A stretch of 64,000 bases of DNA from Heptranchias perlo (Eukaryota), in the NCBI RefSeq assembly GCF_035084215.1, contig NC_090333.1:78678001-78742000 (forward strand), read 5' to 3'. Of this stretch, positions 49,417 through 62,277 are shown one piece after another. Below the pieces are notes generated by a model, which was not told the DNA's origin, did no database searches, and was given only the letters and a program-made list of their open reading frames with translations. Both the position numbers and the translations under genes were made by a program. Each line of letters opens with the position of its first letter. Within the stretch, counting starts at the first letter, position 1.

Positions 49417-49919
49417 TCAGCAACATAACAATCAAGAAGTCACTGACGAAAATTTACTTGAACTGCAGCAGCAGCTTTCAACTTGAATCAACCCATGCAA
49501 CCTGGATCTTGAAATGTGAAAATGACCAGAGAGACAGACAAATGGAAGTTGTTGCAAAGTACCTCCGGTTGATCCGGGACACCGTTTTATCAGTAGACCT
49601 TTCTCCACTTCACAGAAAAAAAGTAATCTGAAATTCCTGAAAAGTAAATATGTAAGAGTGATTCTAAAACACAGCAATTATAAAGACTGCCCTATGCATA
49701 AGGACATTGCATGTTAGGGCACTGTCCTACATAATAAAAAGTGCACAAGGTTCAGACCCCTGGGATAGATGGAACGTATTGAATTGGATTGAAGACTGGC
49801 TAATTTGAAAGGAAGCAATAAATAGTATTAAATGGGAAGACATCTGGCTGGGAGTCGGTTGTTAATGGTGTGCGCCAGGAATCAGCATCAGAACCATTGA
49901 TGTTCATCATTTTTTATGT

Positions 49920-50125
49920 ATTTATTCTTGGGATGTTGGCAACACTGGCAAGGCAGTATTTATTGTCCATCCCTAGTTACCCTGAGGGCATTAAGAGTCA
50001 ACCACATAGTGTGGGACTGGAGTCACATGTAGGCCAGACCGGGTAGGGGTGACAGGCTCCTTTCCCTGAAAGATGTTAGTGATCATTAGTTTAATGACCA
50101 TCTGGCAGCTTTCCTGGTCATTTTC
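49920..50125 (-). mobile_element. Short non-autonomous relative of the family-B LINE (5' leader joined directly to 3' tail)
   Basis: 49925-49986 matches the LINE tail (56945-57008) and 49985-50080 matches the LINE leader (59925-60020), with no ORF2 between. Confidence 0.8.
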
Positions 50126-50139
50126 TGGTACTAGCCCAC

Positions 50140-50640
50140 AAATCACAGAACGGAAAGAGGCCATTCATCTTATGATGGTATTCTTTCTTCAGCTGGAGCT
50201 ATCCAGTGTAATCTTGCTTCCCTGCTCTTTCCCAGTATCCTTTTATATTCTTCCTTTACAAATATTTATCCTTTTCCACTTTAAATGATGTTAACAGTCT
50301 GCTTCAACAGCCATTATTGTTGAAGCATTCTATGTTCTAACAATTCTTTGTGAGATTAAAAAAAAATTCGATATTCCCCCTTCATTCTTCCAATGAAAAA
50401 TGCCCCAATTCTTTGTAACTAAAACATCATTCCTCGTATCACTCTAGTGAATCTTTGCTGTCCCCTTTTCCTGGCTCTAATATCCTTCCTATAATTGGGC
50501 GTCCAGTACTGCACACAATACTCCAGCTGTGGCCTAACCAATGTCTTGTACAAATTCAACGTCACTTCATTGCTTTTATATTCAATACCCCTGTGTACAA
50601 AACGCAGAATCTCATTTGTCTTTTTTTATGGTCTTTGCCT
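50140..50640 (-). mobile_element. Decayed CR1 3' fragment
   Basis: cagtactgcacacaatactccagctgtggcctaaccaatgtcttgtacaa is the reverse of LYKTLVRPQLEYCVQ. Confidence 0.75.
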
Positions 50641-51029
50641 GGATCTGTAAACCTTGTCAGTGGCAAAGGTCTCAAAGTTATACTGCGCCAGTAGCAGTTC
50701 ATTGCTTAGTTTATTTTTACAAGTGTGAAAGACACACAGTTCACGAGTGGGAGTGAGTTAAGAGCTCGCTGTCATGCGGAGTCAATCCAGTTAATATTTA
50801 CTCTATAAATATTAAAAGATTGATGCAAACAAATTCTTAAATTGCAAAATTTTATTGATTTTTTTTTTTGTGTGTGCGCAGAGTAAGACCAATTTTGGTT
50901 CCCCTGACGACGTATCAGGATCTCTTGAATTTCGCTCTGGTGACATCTGTGCATGGAGAGCAACTCAGCTCTGCCAGATCAATTGGGCAGTTGGCCCATC
51001 AAATGGGATTCAAAGGTTATAGAGATATA

Positions 51030-51418
51030 GGATGTAATTTTAAATGTGGGTGAAGGTGTAAATCGGGCGATATCAAATTAGACGCTTGTTATACATGCCG
51101 CCTGATCATTATACATGCCGCCTGATCATCACGCAACCGCGCCTGATCATCACGCAACCGCGCCTGATCATCACGCAACCGCGCCTGATCATCACGCAAC
51201 CGCGCCTGATCATCACGCAACCGCGCCTGATCATCACGCAACCGCGCCTGATCATCACACATCCTGACTTATTACACACCCCGCCCGATTATTACACACC
51301 CCGCCTGATTTTCCTTTCCATTGAAGTCAGTGGAAGGATATATCAGGAACAGATGTATAATGGGCAGTCAATTTGATATTGCCTGTACTACACTATCACC
51401 AAAAGTTAAAATAACCCT
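51030..51418. mobile_element. Palindromic MITE (same family as 61882-62061) with internal minisatellite expansion
   Basis: Arms taattttaaatgtgggtga..gggcgatatcaaatt..ttatacat and atgtataa..aatttgatattgcct..tcaccaaaagttaaaata, with centre ttccattgaagtcagtggaa. Confidence 0.8.
51089..51310 (+). repeat. 21-bp minisatellite (CGCCTGATCATCACGCAACCG) x6 plus a partial unit, flanked by diverged 20-bp units
   Basis: Perfect units run 51119-51244, with flanking units ttatacatgccgcctgatca x2 and ttattacacaccccgcc(c/t)ga x2. Confidence 0.95.
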
Positions 51419-51469
51419 CTATATCTTTTTAATTCCATTTGATGGGCCAGGTGGCCAATTGACCTCGAC

Positions 51470-51715
51470 CATTCAAAATCCGACGTTCGTGATTAGACTG
51501 GATAGGTGGATGAAAGAAAAGGGGATGACGGGATATGGGAAGAGGGTAGGTAAAGGTGATTAGATCTATTTGCTCGCATGCAGGGTAAATGCTGACACGG
51601 ACTGGTTGGGCCGAATGGCCCGTGTCCGTGTTGTAACTTCTATGTATTACCCCCATAAGTGTGTGTAGCAGGGCTCAATGGGCCGAAAGGTCTACTCCTG
51701 ATCCAATGTTCTTCT
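51470..51715 (+). mobile_element. CR1 3' tail fragments
   Basis: Contains attcaaaatccgac..ctggataggtggatgaaagaaaaggggatgacgggatatggg...ttgggccgaatggcccgtgtccgtgttgtaacttctatg, with a second tail at 51668-51715. Confidence 0.75.
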
Positions 51716-51839
51716 TAAAATAGAAATTGTTCCATAATTCTTAAGCTTTACAAAGGGAAATATCTGCACACGAAATGGCTTTGGCCCTGCAGGTTAGAGG
51801 TGCAGATCAAAAGGGAAAAAAACAAACTGCTGCTGCTCT

Positions 51840-52032
51840 AAATTGAAATAAAATATACTACAGGTCCACCAGCAGCAGTGGAGAGAAAAGAGAGGTTAAT
51901 GTCTTGGATGTGGACCCTTCATCTGGGTCATGATGAACGAGCCACAGCTGAAACCTTGACCCTTGACATCGTACCTTAACCGATACTACCAGACCTGCTG
52001 CGTATTTTCAGCATTTTCTGTTTTTATTGCCG
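51840..52032. mobile_element. Decayed Penelope-derived hairpin element
   Basis: Reads aaataaaa..caggtccaccagcagcagtggagagaaa...cccttcatc / atgatgaacg..ctgaaac...cagacctgctgcgtattttcagcattttctgtttttatt. Confidence 0.6.
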
Positions 52033-52382
52033 GTTCGGAGTAGCACAGGAGCAGCTTTTTTTGTTCAGTGTTTCTCTCACTGTCATCCAGCTCCAGTGAT
52101 AAAGGGAGCAGAAATTCCTGGCCGGGGGTGGGGGCGCGGGGAGGAGGGCGGTGGGAGATAATTTCAAACAGTACAAGATACACAGTTACCCCAATATTTG
52201 AATGCGTGTTTTTATATTAACTGTTCCTGCCAGCTTTCTTTCACATCAACAAAATGATGGGGAAATTCCCCTTAATCCACTGTCCCATTCAAGGTCTCTC
52301 AGCAGTGGAACTTCACCATCTCTGGTCAGCGGGAGTGCCTGCACAGAATGTCTGCTCACAGGACAACCTCCAACCAGCGATG

Positions 52383-52682
52383 TAAGAAAGACAAGACAGA
52401 CCTTGTACAACGCCTTTCACAACATTAGGACGCCCCAAAACGCTTCACAGCTAATTAAGTACTTTTGGATTGTAGTTACTGGTGTAACGTAGGGAAATGC
52501 AGCAGCGAATTTGCACACAATAAGGTCCCACAAATAGGAATGAGATTAATGACCAGACAATCTGTTTTGAGATGCTGGTTGAGCGATAGACATTGGCCAG
52601 GACACCAGGAGAACTCCCCCTGCTCTTCTTCAAATAATGCTACCTGAGAGGGCAGACTCTTTTTGACATCTCGACTGAAAAA
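52383..52682 (-). mobile_element. Deu-domain SINE, 5'-incomplete
   Basis: Colinear with 4701-5005. Confidence 0.82.
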
Positions 52683-52761
52683 CATTCCAGTGGGTATAAT
52701 CTTGTTCTACTGGTAGCTGGTTGTGACCAGTCAATCCTTTCCTTCAGTCCTCAGCACCTTA

Positions 52762-53713
52762 TTCATAGAATCATAGAAGTTTACAACACGGAAACAGGCC
52801 CTTCGGCCCAACATGTCCATGTCGCCCAGTTTATACCACTAAGCTAGTCCCAATTGCCTGCACTTGGCCCATATCCCTCTATACCCATCTTACCCATGTA
52901 ACTGTCCAAATGCTTTTTAAAAGACAAAATTGTACCCGCCTCTACTACTGCCTCTGGCAGCTCGTTCCAGACACTCACCACCCTTTGAGTGGAAAAATTG
53001 CCCCTCTGGACCCTTTTGTATCTCTCCCCTCTCACCTTAAATCTATGTCCCCTCGTTATAGACTCCCCTACCTTTGGGAAAAGATTTTGACTATCTACCT
53101 TATCTATGCCCCTCATTATTTTATAGACTTCTATAAGATCACCCCTAAACCTCCTACTCTCCAGGGAAAAAAGTCCCAGTCTATCTAACCTCTCCCTATA
53201 AGTCAAACCATCAAGTCCCGGTAGCATCCTAGTAAATCTTTTCTGCACGCTTTCTAGTTTAATAATATCCTTTCAAAAGTAGGGTGACCAGAACTGTACA
53301 CAGTATTCCAAGTGTGGCCTTACTAATGTCTTGTACAACTTCAACAAGACATCCCAACTCCTGTATTCAATGTTCTGACCAATGAAACCAAGCATGCTGA
53401 ATGCCTTCTTCACCACCCTATCCACCTGTGACTCCACTTTCAAGGAGCTATGAACCTGTACTCCTAGATCTCTTTGTTCTATAACTCTCCCCAACGCCCT
53501 ACCATTAACGGAGTAGGTCCTGGCCCGATTCGATCTACCAAAATGCATCACCTCACATTTATCTAAATTAAACTCCATCTGCCATTCATCGGCCCACTGG
53601 CCCAATTTATCAAGATCCCGTTGCAATCCTAGATAACCTTCTTCACTGTCCACAATGCCACCAATCTTGGTGTCATCTGCAAACTTACTAACCATGCCTC
53701 CTAAATTCTCATC
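52762..53713 (-). mobile_element. Young 5'-truncated CR1 LINE
   Basis: ORFs 53273-53695 (SKFADDTKIGG..LYKTLVRPHLEYC) and 52844-53248, with tail catagaatcatagaa. Confidence 0.97.
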
Positions 53714-53934
53714 GTGGTGGTAGCAACCAAGGATCCAGCAAGGATGTCAGATCATGAACATCTGAGCATTGCAGATCTGACTTATGATATGCCATCAACC
53801 AGACCGCTTAAGGGAATGAGTGACAGCACTGAGCCCGAGTTGATACCTGCAGCGTAAGGGTTTTTTTTACTGTTTCTCGGGCCTATTATAGGTCAGCCAG
53901 TTATGTTTTTCCTGAGCTGCCCTGCCCGCTATGC

Positions 53935-54884
53935 GGTTGTGAATCGCTTTCCCCTTCCTGATTCTGAGCTGAGGACTTATCGGGCGGTAACAAGGACAGA
54001 CGAACAGACCAGTGGATTGGTACAAGGAAAACCAATGTTTATTAATAAGAAAACTAAAACTACAAGGTAAACAGTATTATACAGAAGATAAAAAGAAATC
54101 GCTATGGATGCAATACAGTCTTACACTTAACGGGGTGGAAGAAACGGACACATCGAGGGAAAATTCTAAAATCACAATTTTAGCAATACCCCTTTAACTC
54201 CCACCCTCACACCTAGCGAGGTTGTCTTGTGGCGGCCAGAAAATTAATGCTCACCGGTGAAACAGATGAAAAGGCCTGGCCCCTGTGCCCTGCTGCTGCC
54301 GTCGACATGTGGTTGCGAGGTTTACCGGATGGCCTTCCTTCTTAGTTGCTAGCAGGCAGACAGGACACTGGGCCAAGAGGCGAAGAGAAGAGAGAGAGAG
54401 ATACTGGGAAGCCCCAGTTATATCCTCCCGGTATCCGGTTTTTTTCGTGCCTCATCAGCTTGCTCCATTGTTCGATTTGAGCACGAAAACGTAAGACAAA
54501 GGACTCCAATCTCTGGCCCATTTACATTAATGGCCGGTACCTGTACTGATCTGTTCCATAACTGCTTTCCATTGTTCCGAATGTTCCTTAATGGTCTATC
54601 TTTTGTCCTGGGATTTCTCCTGCTCGAATTTTGATGTGTAGGCCGGCAATGTTGATGGCTTGCCTCAGGGCGTAAATGCAACTGCATTGTTCAGAGACAA
54701 TCCAATTTCAAATGCTGCAGGCCCTTGGCCATGTGTCTGACCGCAGCCATTTTGAAAGACCCTGGATTTTTTTAAAACACAGTCGCACCAGGGTTTCTTT
54801 AATAACTCCAATAAATCTTCGGGGAGGGGGGGGGACATGTGAAATTTTGCGAATCCCTTCAGCAGCAAACCCAAATTCATAACA
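53935..54884 (-). mobile_element. Probable solo LTR (~950 bp)
   Basis: The minus strand starts TGTTATGAAT, has TATA-like ATATAA (54418-54423), donor CCG|gtgagc (about 54250-54258) and AATAAA (54038-54043). Terminal inverted repeat gttgtgaat/attcataac, CpG-rich. No clean TSD, and the left boundary is uncertain. Confidence 0.5.
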
Positions 54885-56934
54885 TTGTCTTTTTTTGCTT
54901 GTCTCTTTGGGCTCCAAGATGATGTTGCTTGTGATGGGAAACGGCAACTGCCAACTCTCTGAGGCAATCTCTGAAAAGAAGAAGAATGAATGGACTTGCT
55001 TTTCTAAAATGTCCTATCACATTCTCGTAACTTTCCAAAGCATTTTTGCAGTGCAGTCATTGCTCTGCACATTACACGCAATCCAATATCAGGTCCACAG
55101 TACTCTGAGGCATTGTTGATGATTGACCTTAATCAGCCTTACTCATTAATGGGATGGGTGTACCTGCCACTTGGGGGGAGGGGGGGGTTCAGGGGGGGGG
55201 TGGAATTATTTCTGCTCCACATAACCCTGCAAGCTAATGTCCTAATGCTCAGGGTGGTCTGAGCTGGATAAACAGCAGGTACCTTACCAGTGCTCTCTGT
55301 GGGTGTTTAGCTGTTTAAACTCCAGCAGTAACCTCTGGACACGCTTGGGGGGGGGGCTTCCTCAGCTTTAGTGCTTGCCAACTTGCACCTTTGTTCTTTG
55401 GCCTTGTGTAAGTGGGCTGTGTGCTTACAGGGGCAGAGATCCATTCTATACGCCCACAGATCTATTCTATACTTCCAGCACTTCCAATCATCCAGCTCAA
55501 CACGCAGATCTGATCAGCACTCCGCGTTCTCTTCCAGCTTTCCCAGGAAATGCCAGAAAAGTTTTACATCTTCAAATCACATTTGTGACACACAGGCCAC
55601 TATTGCAAAGGACCGGGATTGTATAAGCTGTGAAAATGCTGCATGACAGATTTTTTTTTTAATTTCCATGTTGTCGTATTCTAGAGCAATCAATCAACAG
55701 CATTTGGCCAAGAGGTGAAAATTTAAATTGTTATCAATTTTTGTCCTTTTATGTTGTGAAGTTGGGCAGTTTAATGTACAGAGCGGGGCTGCAGTAGATC
55801 GACTTTTACACTCTAGGTGGAGCCAGAAGCACGATAAACACAAGCAATTTATTTGGTCAAAGCACAGTGAATCACTGCTGCTCTCCCCCTTCCCCTCCCC
55901 TCCCCCCAGCACATGCAATAAACAATGCAACACTGCAATTGTAATCCCATATAGCTATACACACACACACACACACACACACCCTGTCTATACACCACGG
56001 ATTGAACATTGGCTTTAAATGCAAGTGATGTGAATGTACTGCCAATAAGAATGGATTGGTCATACAGTCGCTACCCAAACAGTTTAGGACTGGCAATCTA
56101 GTTTCTCAGTGGGCTTCCTGGAAGATTAAGATGTAAAGTTGATCTACTGTAGCTCTCCCCCCTCAGTACATTACAATGCCCAGATGGTTGTTGCTTTACA
56201 ATGTAATACGCAAAACCACTGCTCATAAAATAACTGTTTTATCCCCACTTTTGTTTTGGACTCTGGAGTTTGGGGAGTCTGTAGTTCTGGAGCCATCTTG
56301 GCATCACACCATTATCCCAGAGATAATGATGCTTTTCTCTCATATTCTGACCTTCTGTTCAGCATAGCTTGTGATTGTCTGCTGCAGATTTGAAATTCAC
56401 GGGCTTTGTCATGTTTGACATCCCATGCAGCCTCCTTGACATAAATCATGAACACAAATCAGCCAGGGATCTGCCAAGACCTGGTTTCGGACTTGGTAAG
56501 AGATGGGAGCCCCAGTTGATAGTGGAGCAAGGATTAGCATTTGGACTTGCATTCCTTGTACTCTGTTGTTGTTGGGGAGTTGGCTTATGTGTGACTTGAG
56601 TTTTGCCTTGGTCTGTTTGGGTCAATATCCTAGTATTTCAGGGACTTCTAATTCTACTCAGGTCTTACTGTGTTGTTGTGATGAGGCCAGAAGAGGGTAC
56701 ATTTGAAACCCCAGCCTAATGAAACCACTGCTGGCCCTTTATCAAAAAGGCTTCTCCAGTGTTCGTCACCATTTGATGATTGTCGGAGACCCAAGGACTG
56801 ATATTGCAAGGCTTTGATCCCAGTGTGGAGTTTCACTAGATGCATGTGCAGGTCGCAGAATGGGCACCTATAGTATTAAGTAATCAGTCTATGACCCAGA
56901 CTCTGTGCCAAGGGTAGAGCATCACAATATTTTT

Positions 56935-59900
56935 TTTTATTCGTTCATGGGATGTGGGTGTCACTGGCGAGGCCGGCATTTATTGCCCATCCCTAATTGC
57001 CCTTGAGAAGGTGGTGATGAGCCGCCTTCTTGAACCGCTGCAGTCCGTGTGGTGAAGATTCTCCCGCAGTGCTGTTAGGAAGGGAGTTCCAGGATTTTGA
57101 CCCAGCGACGATGAAGGAACGGTGATATATTTCCAAGTCGGGATGGTGTGTGACTTGAAGGGGAACGTGCAGGTGGTGTTGTTAACATGTGCCTGCTGCT
57201 CTTGTCCTTCTAGATGGTAGAGGTTGCGGGTTTGGGAGGAGCTGTCGAAGAAGCCTTGGCGAGTTGCTGCAGTGCATTTTGTGGATGGTGCACACTGCAG
57301 CCACTGTGCGCCGGTGGTGAAGGGAGTGAATGTTAAGGGTGGTGGATGGGGTGCCAATCAAGCGGGCTGCTTTGTCCTGGATGGTGTCGAGCTTCTTGAG
57401 TGTTGTTGGAGCTGCACTCATCCAAGCGAGTGGAGAGTATTCCATCACACTCCTGACTTGTGCCTTGTAGATGGTGGAAAGGCTATGGGGAGTCAGGATG
57501 TGAGTCACTCGCTGCAGAATACCCAGCCTCTAACTTGCTCTTGTAGCCACAGTATTTAAATAGCTGGTCCAGTTAAGTTTCTGGTCAATGGTGACCCCCA
57601 GGATGTTGCTGGTGGGGGATTCGGCGATGGTAATGCCGTTGAATGTCAAGGGGAGGTGGTTAGACTCTCTTGTTGGCACTTATCTGGCGCGAATGTTACT
57701 TGTCACTTATGAGCCCAAGCCTGGATGTTGTCCAGGTCTTGCTGCATGCGGGCTCGGACTGCTTCATTATTTGAGGGGTTGCGAATGGAACTGAAGACTG
57801 TGCAATCATCAGCGAACATCCCCATTTCTGACCTTATGATGGAGGGAAGGTCATTGATGAAGCAGCTAAAGATGGTTGGGCCTAGGACACTGCCCTGAGG
57901 AACTCCTGCAGCAATGCCCTGGGGCTGAGATGATTGGCCTCCAACAACCACTACCATCTTCCTTTGTGCTAGGTATGACTCCAGCCACTGGAGAGTTTTC
58001 CCCCCGATTCCCATGGACTTCAATTTTACTAGGGCTCCTTGGTGCCACACTCGGTCAAATGCTGCCTTGATGTCAAGGGCAGTCACTCTCACCTCACCTC
58101 TGGAATTCAGTTCTTTTGTCCATGTTTGGACCAAGGCTGTAATGGAGTCTGGAGCCGAGTGGTCCTGGCGGAACCCAAACTGAGCATCGGTGAGCAGGTT
58201 ATTGGTGAGTAAGTGCCGCTTGATAGCACTGTCGATGACACCTTCCATCACTTTGCTGATGATTGAGAGTAGACTGATGGGGCGGTAATTGGCCAGATTG
58301 GATTTGTCCTGCTTTTTGTGGACAGGACATACCTGGGCAATTTTCCACATTGTCGGGTAGATGCCAGTGTTGTAGCTGTACTGGAACAGCTTGGCTAGAG
58401 GTGCAGCTGGTTCTGGAGCACAAGTCTTCAGCACTACAGCCGGGATGTTGTCGGGGCCCACAGCCTTTGCTGTATCCAGTGCACTCAGCCGTTTTTTGAT
58501 ATCACGTGGAGTGAATCAAATTGGCTGAAGACTGGCTTCTATGATGGTGGGGATATCAGGAGGAGGCCGAGATGGATCATCTAGTCGGCACTTCTGGCTG
58601 AAGATGGTTGCAAACGCTTCAGCCTTGTCTTTTGCACTCACGTGCTGGACTCCGCCATTATTGAGAATGGGGATGTTTGCAGAGCCTCCTCCTCCCATTA
58701 GTTGTTTAATTGTCCACCACCATTCACGACTGGATGTGGCAGAACTGCAGAGCTTTGATCTGATCCGTTGATTGTGGAATCGCTTAGCTCTGTCGATAGC
58801 ATGTTGCTTCCGTCGTTTAGCATGCATGTAGTCCTGAGTTGTAGCTTCACCAGGTTGGCACCTCATTTTTAGGTACGCCTGGTGCTGCTCCTGGCATGCT
58901 CTTCTACACTCCTCATTGAACCAGGGTTGATCCCCTGGTTTGTTGGTAATGGTAGAATGAGGAATATGCCAGGCCATGAGTTTACAGATTGTGCTGGAAT
59001 ACAATTCTGCTGCTGCTGATGGCCCACAGTGCCTCATGGATGCCCCGTTTTGTGCTGCTAGATCTGTTCTGAATCTATCCTATTTAGCACGGTGGTAGTG
59101 CCACACAACACGTTGGATGGTGTCCTCAGTGCGAAGATGGGACTTCATCTCCACAAGGACCGTGCGGTGGTCACTCCTACCAATACTGTCATGGACAGAT
59201 GCATTTGCGACAGGTAGATTGGTGAGGACGAGGTCAAGTAAGTTTTTCCCTCGTGTTGGTTCGCTCACCACCTGCCGCAGGCCCAGTCTAGCAGCTATGT
59301 CCTTCAGGATTCGGCCAGCTCAGTCAGCAGTGGTGCTACCGAGCCACTCTTGGTGATGGACTTTGAAGTCCCCCACCCAGAGTACATTTTGTGCCCTTGC
59401 TACCCTCAGTGCTTCCTCCCAAGTGGTGTTCAACATGGAGGAGGACTGATTCATCAGCTGAGGGAGGGCGGTCGGTGGTAATCAGCAGGAGGTTTCCTTG
59501 CCCATGTTTGACCTGATGCCATGAGATTTCATGGGTTCCAGAGTCAATGTTGAGGACTCCCAGGGCCACTCCCTCCTGACTGTATATCACTGTACCGCCA
59601 CCTCTGGTGGGTCCGTCCTGCCGGTGGGACAGGACATACCCAGGGATGGTGATGGAAGAGTCTGGGACGTTGGCTGAAAGGTATGATTCTGTGAGTATGG
59701 CTATGTCAGGCTGTTGCTTGACTAGTCTGTGGGACAGCTCTCCCAATTTTGGCACAAGTCCCCAGATGTTCGTGAGGAGGACTTTGCAGGGCCGACTGGG
59801 CTTGGTTTGCCGTTGTCGTGTCTGGTGCCTAGTGGTCCGATGCCGGGTGGTCCATCCGGTTTTATTCTTATTATGACTTTTCGTAGCGAGATTTTACAAC

Positions 59901-60020
59901 TGAGTGGCTTGCTCGGCCATTTCAGAGGGCAATTAAGAATCAACCACATTGCTGTAGGTCTGGAGTCACATATAGGCCAGACCGGTTGAGGACGGCAGGT
60001 TTCCTTCCCAAAGGACATCA
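56935..60020 (-). mobile_element. Family-B LINE with nearly complete but disabled ORF2 (AP endonuclease plus RT)
   Basis: APE motifs PDIAILTESYL and PTRGKNLLDLVLTN..GRSDH; linker PWFNEEC; RT motifs [38 protein letters not shown] and MFADD; several frameshifts/stops. Confidence 0.97.
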
Positions 60021-61881
60021 GATGGAGGAGATGTTTAAAGTTCAAGTGTTCAGTTCCTACAAGTCGTCCTGTGGACTGTTCAGGGCATTTGTTTATTGAC
60101 CAAGCAGTCTGCAACAGCATCGTGTAGAGTGCAACAGAGGGGAATGTGTATGTGTGATTAGCAATCTATCCCGTTCAACAACAGGCTAACAGATTTGACC
60201 GTCCTTCGGGGAAATCTGAAAATAAGTATCAACGGGCTCTTCTGATGCCTGTAGTGTGAGTGAATGGGCTCTGTTGGCATTGTCGATGGTAAGAGTTGAA
60301 CTTGAAAGAGGACTGATGAAAGAAATATAAAATTTAAAAGTAGTCATGTAATGCAACGCAAGTTACAGATGTGCAAAATTTGACTGGAAGAAAGCATGAA
60401 ATAGAAAAAAAGAGCAATTGACCCATCTACCCCATTCCTTTCACAGACTATGTGCAATTCACTCCAGTCAACTCATTTACTATCCTGAGGAAAGGTTCTG
60501 CCAGGTTTCTTTCCCAAATGTAAACCAAACTCTGCATTTTCCAACACAAGTTTAACATAGTGGTAATCACTTGTAACTAGTAAACCAAAAACATCAATTT
60601 TGGCAGTTTTTAAGAGGATGAATCACAGCTAATATGTCACTGGGGAAGAATGGGGGACCTTTATTCTGTATTTAAACCATGTTTTCTCTGACCAGGGAGT
60701 ACTTGTTAACATTTGCTCCTTGAAATTGGGCTTTTTAAAACAGGTGAGCACCTCAGTTGAAGCAGCAGACCAAGGAAGTTTGTTTGAACATAATGTATTG
60801 GTACACTGATATTCAAAAAGACCAATTTCGAGGCATTGCTGCAGAAACAGAAGCAAGTAAATGCATGACACGAAGTTTGGTTCAATTTGAATCGATTTCA
60901 TTGCTTGCTCCCACAAGAGAAATGTAACATAAAACATTTAGGGTTAAGGCCAATTGGGAGGAGATGTGAGGAAATACCTGAAGGTCTTGGATAGCTTTCC
61001 CCTTCATTGTATATTTATAATAACAGGAAGATAAAGAAACAATTGTTGTATTTTCACATTGTTTAAAAGAAAAGGGTGGTTAACATGAATCAAAATAAAT
61101 GTAAAATAACAGCATAAATATCAAATATTTTGTTTAAATTCTGTGAAAGATGCAAAAGTAATCGTCACTCCAATATTAAGATGTACAAGAAAGCATTTTA
61201 ATGCATTTGCTTATTTTTAGAATTTGCAAGAAAGTGTCCATCAGAGCTTGGAAGAGGACATCACAAAGGATCTCCTATAACTTCTCACCATGGATCTTGT
61301 AGCTGTCAGCCGCAGTGGGATATGATTGTACCACAGCTCCAACAGTCTACACCAACTAGCCTTTGAAGGGCTCGGGGTAGCTCTGAATATGCTCTGGTGA
61401 TTAGGATGTTTGGCAATGGGCATTAGGAAGCCATGTCCTTTGATGGTGCAAAGAGACTTTGGCACATTCAAGGGCGGGTTTGGATAAACCCTCTAGTAGT
61501 ATCCCAGAGCTGTGAAGAGGAGGTATGTTCGATTCTGACCAAAGTGGTGAGCAAATTAATTACTGAGCCAATTTGCTTTGTCAGCAGTCCCAGGCCAAAT
61601 TGAATAATAAGCTATATTGTCATGTGAAATCAGGCTGCACAGCTTCAGTGATGTTCCGAATAGCCCATTTCAGTAAACTCTCCAATTTATATAGTGAAGT
61701 CCACAGATAGGTGTATGGGTGTCTAAGGGAGCTTGCCAAAGGTGTGAAGTCCTCATACACTTTGTTAGGCCATTTACCTGTTTGGATCTAAGATCCCTCA
61801 TCTTCGGGGCTGTGTGGTGCTCCCCTTTGCCAGATTCCAGTTGATTGAGTTTTCATCCTCATCTTCTGAATTTACTGGCAG

Positions 61882-62061
61882 TAATTTTGACTTTGGGCAA
61901 TAGTGTGTAAGACTGGTGATATTGGATCAGCCGCCCGTTATACATCTCTCCCCATTTTCATTTCTATTGAAATCAAAATGGAAATGAAAATCAGGAGAGA
62001 TGTATAATGGGCGGCTGATCCGATATTGCCCGTTTTCCACTATCACCCAAAGTCCAAATTA
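61882..62061. mobile_element. Palindromic MITE (~180 bp)
   Basis: The whole element is an imperfect inverted repeat: taattttgactttggg..atattggatcagccgcccgttatacatctctcc..attttcatttc / gaaatgaaaat..ggagagatgtataatgggcggctgatccgatat..cccaaagtccaaatta. Confidence 0.88.
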
Positions 62062-62277
62062 ACCACACTGTGTCTTTATAATGAAGACTTAAAGAATATG
62101 GAGCTCTGAAAGACAATTTTGCTTTGGACCATCCATGAACTTAAGATTTTTTTTTAACATTAAAACTTTACCTGAAGACAATCAATAATTAACTTAATTA
62201 ACTCATGCATAGGAATGAATTGTACAATACTTGTGTTACGCATCAGATTGGCAATGCTTTGCTAAGTATCATCCAGT

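Noticed and set aside
51086-51376. ORF with RLIITQP repeats; CRISPR-like or repeat-protein appearance
   Set aside because: The units are identical head-to-tail 21-mers with no unique spacers, inside a MITE, in a vertebrate context with no cas genes.
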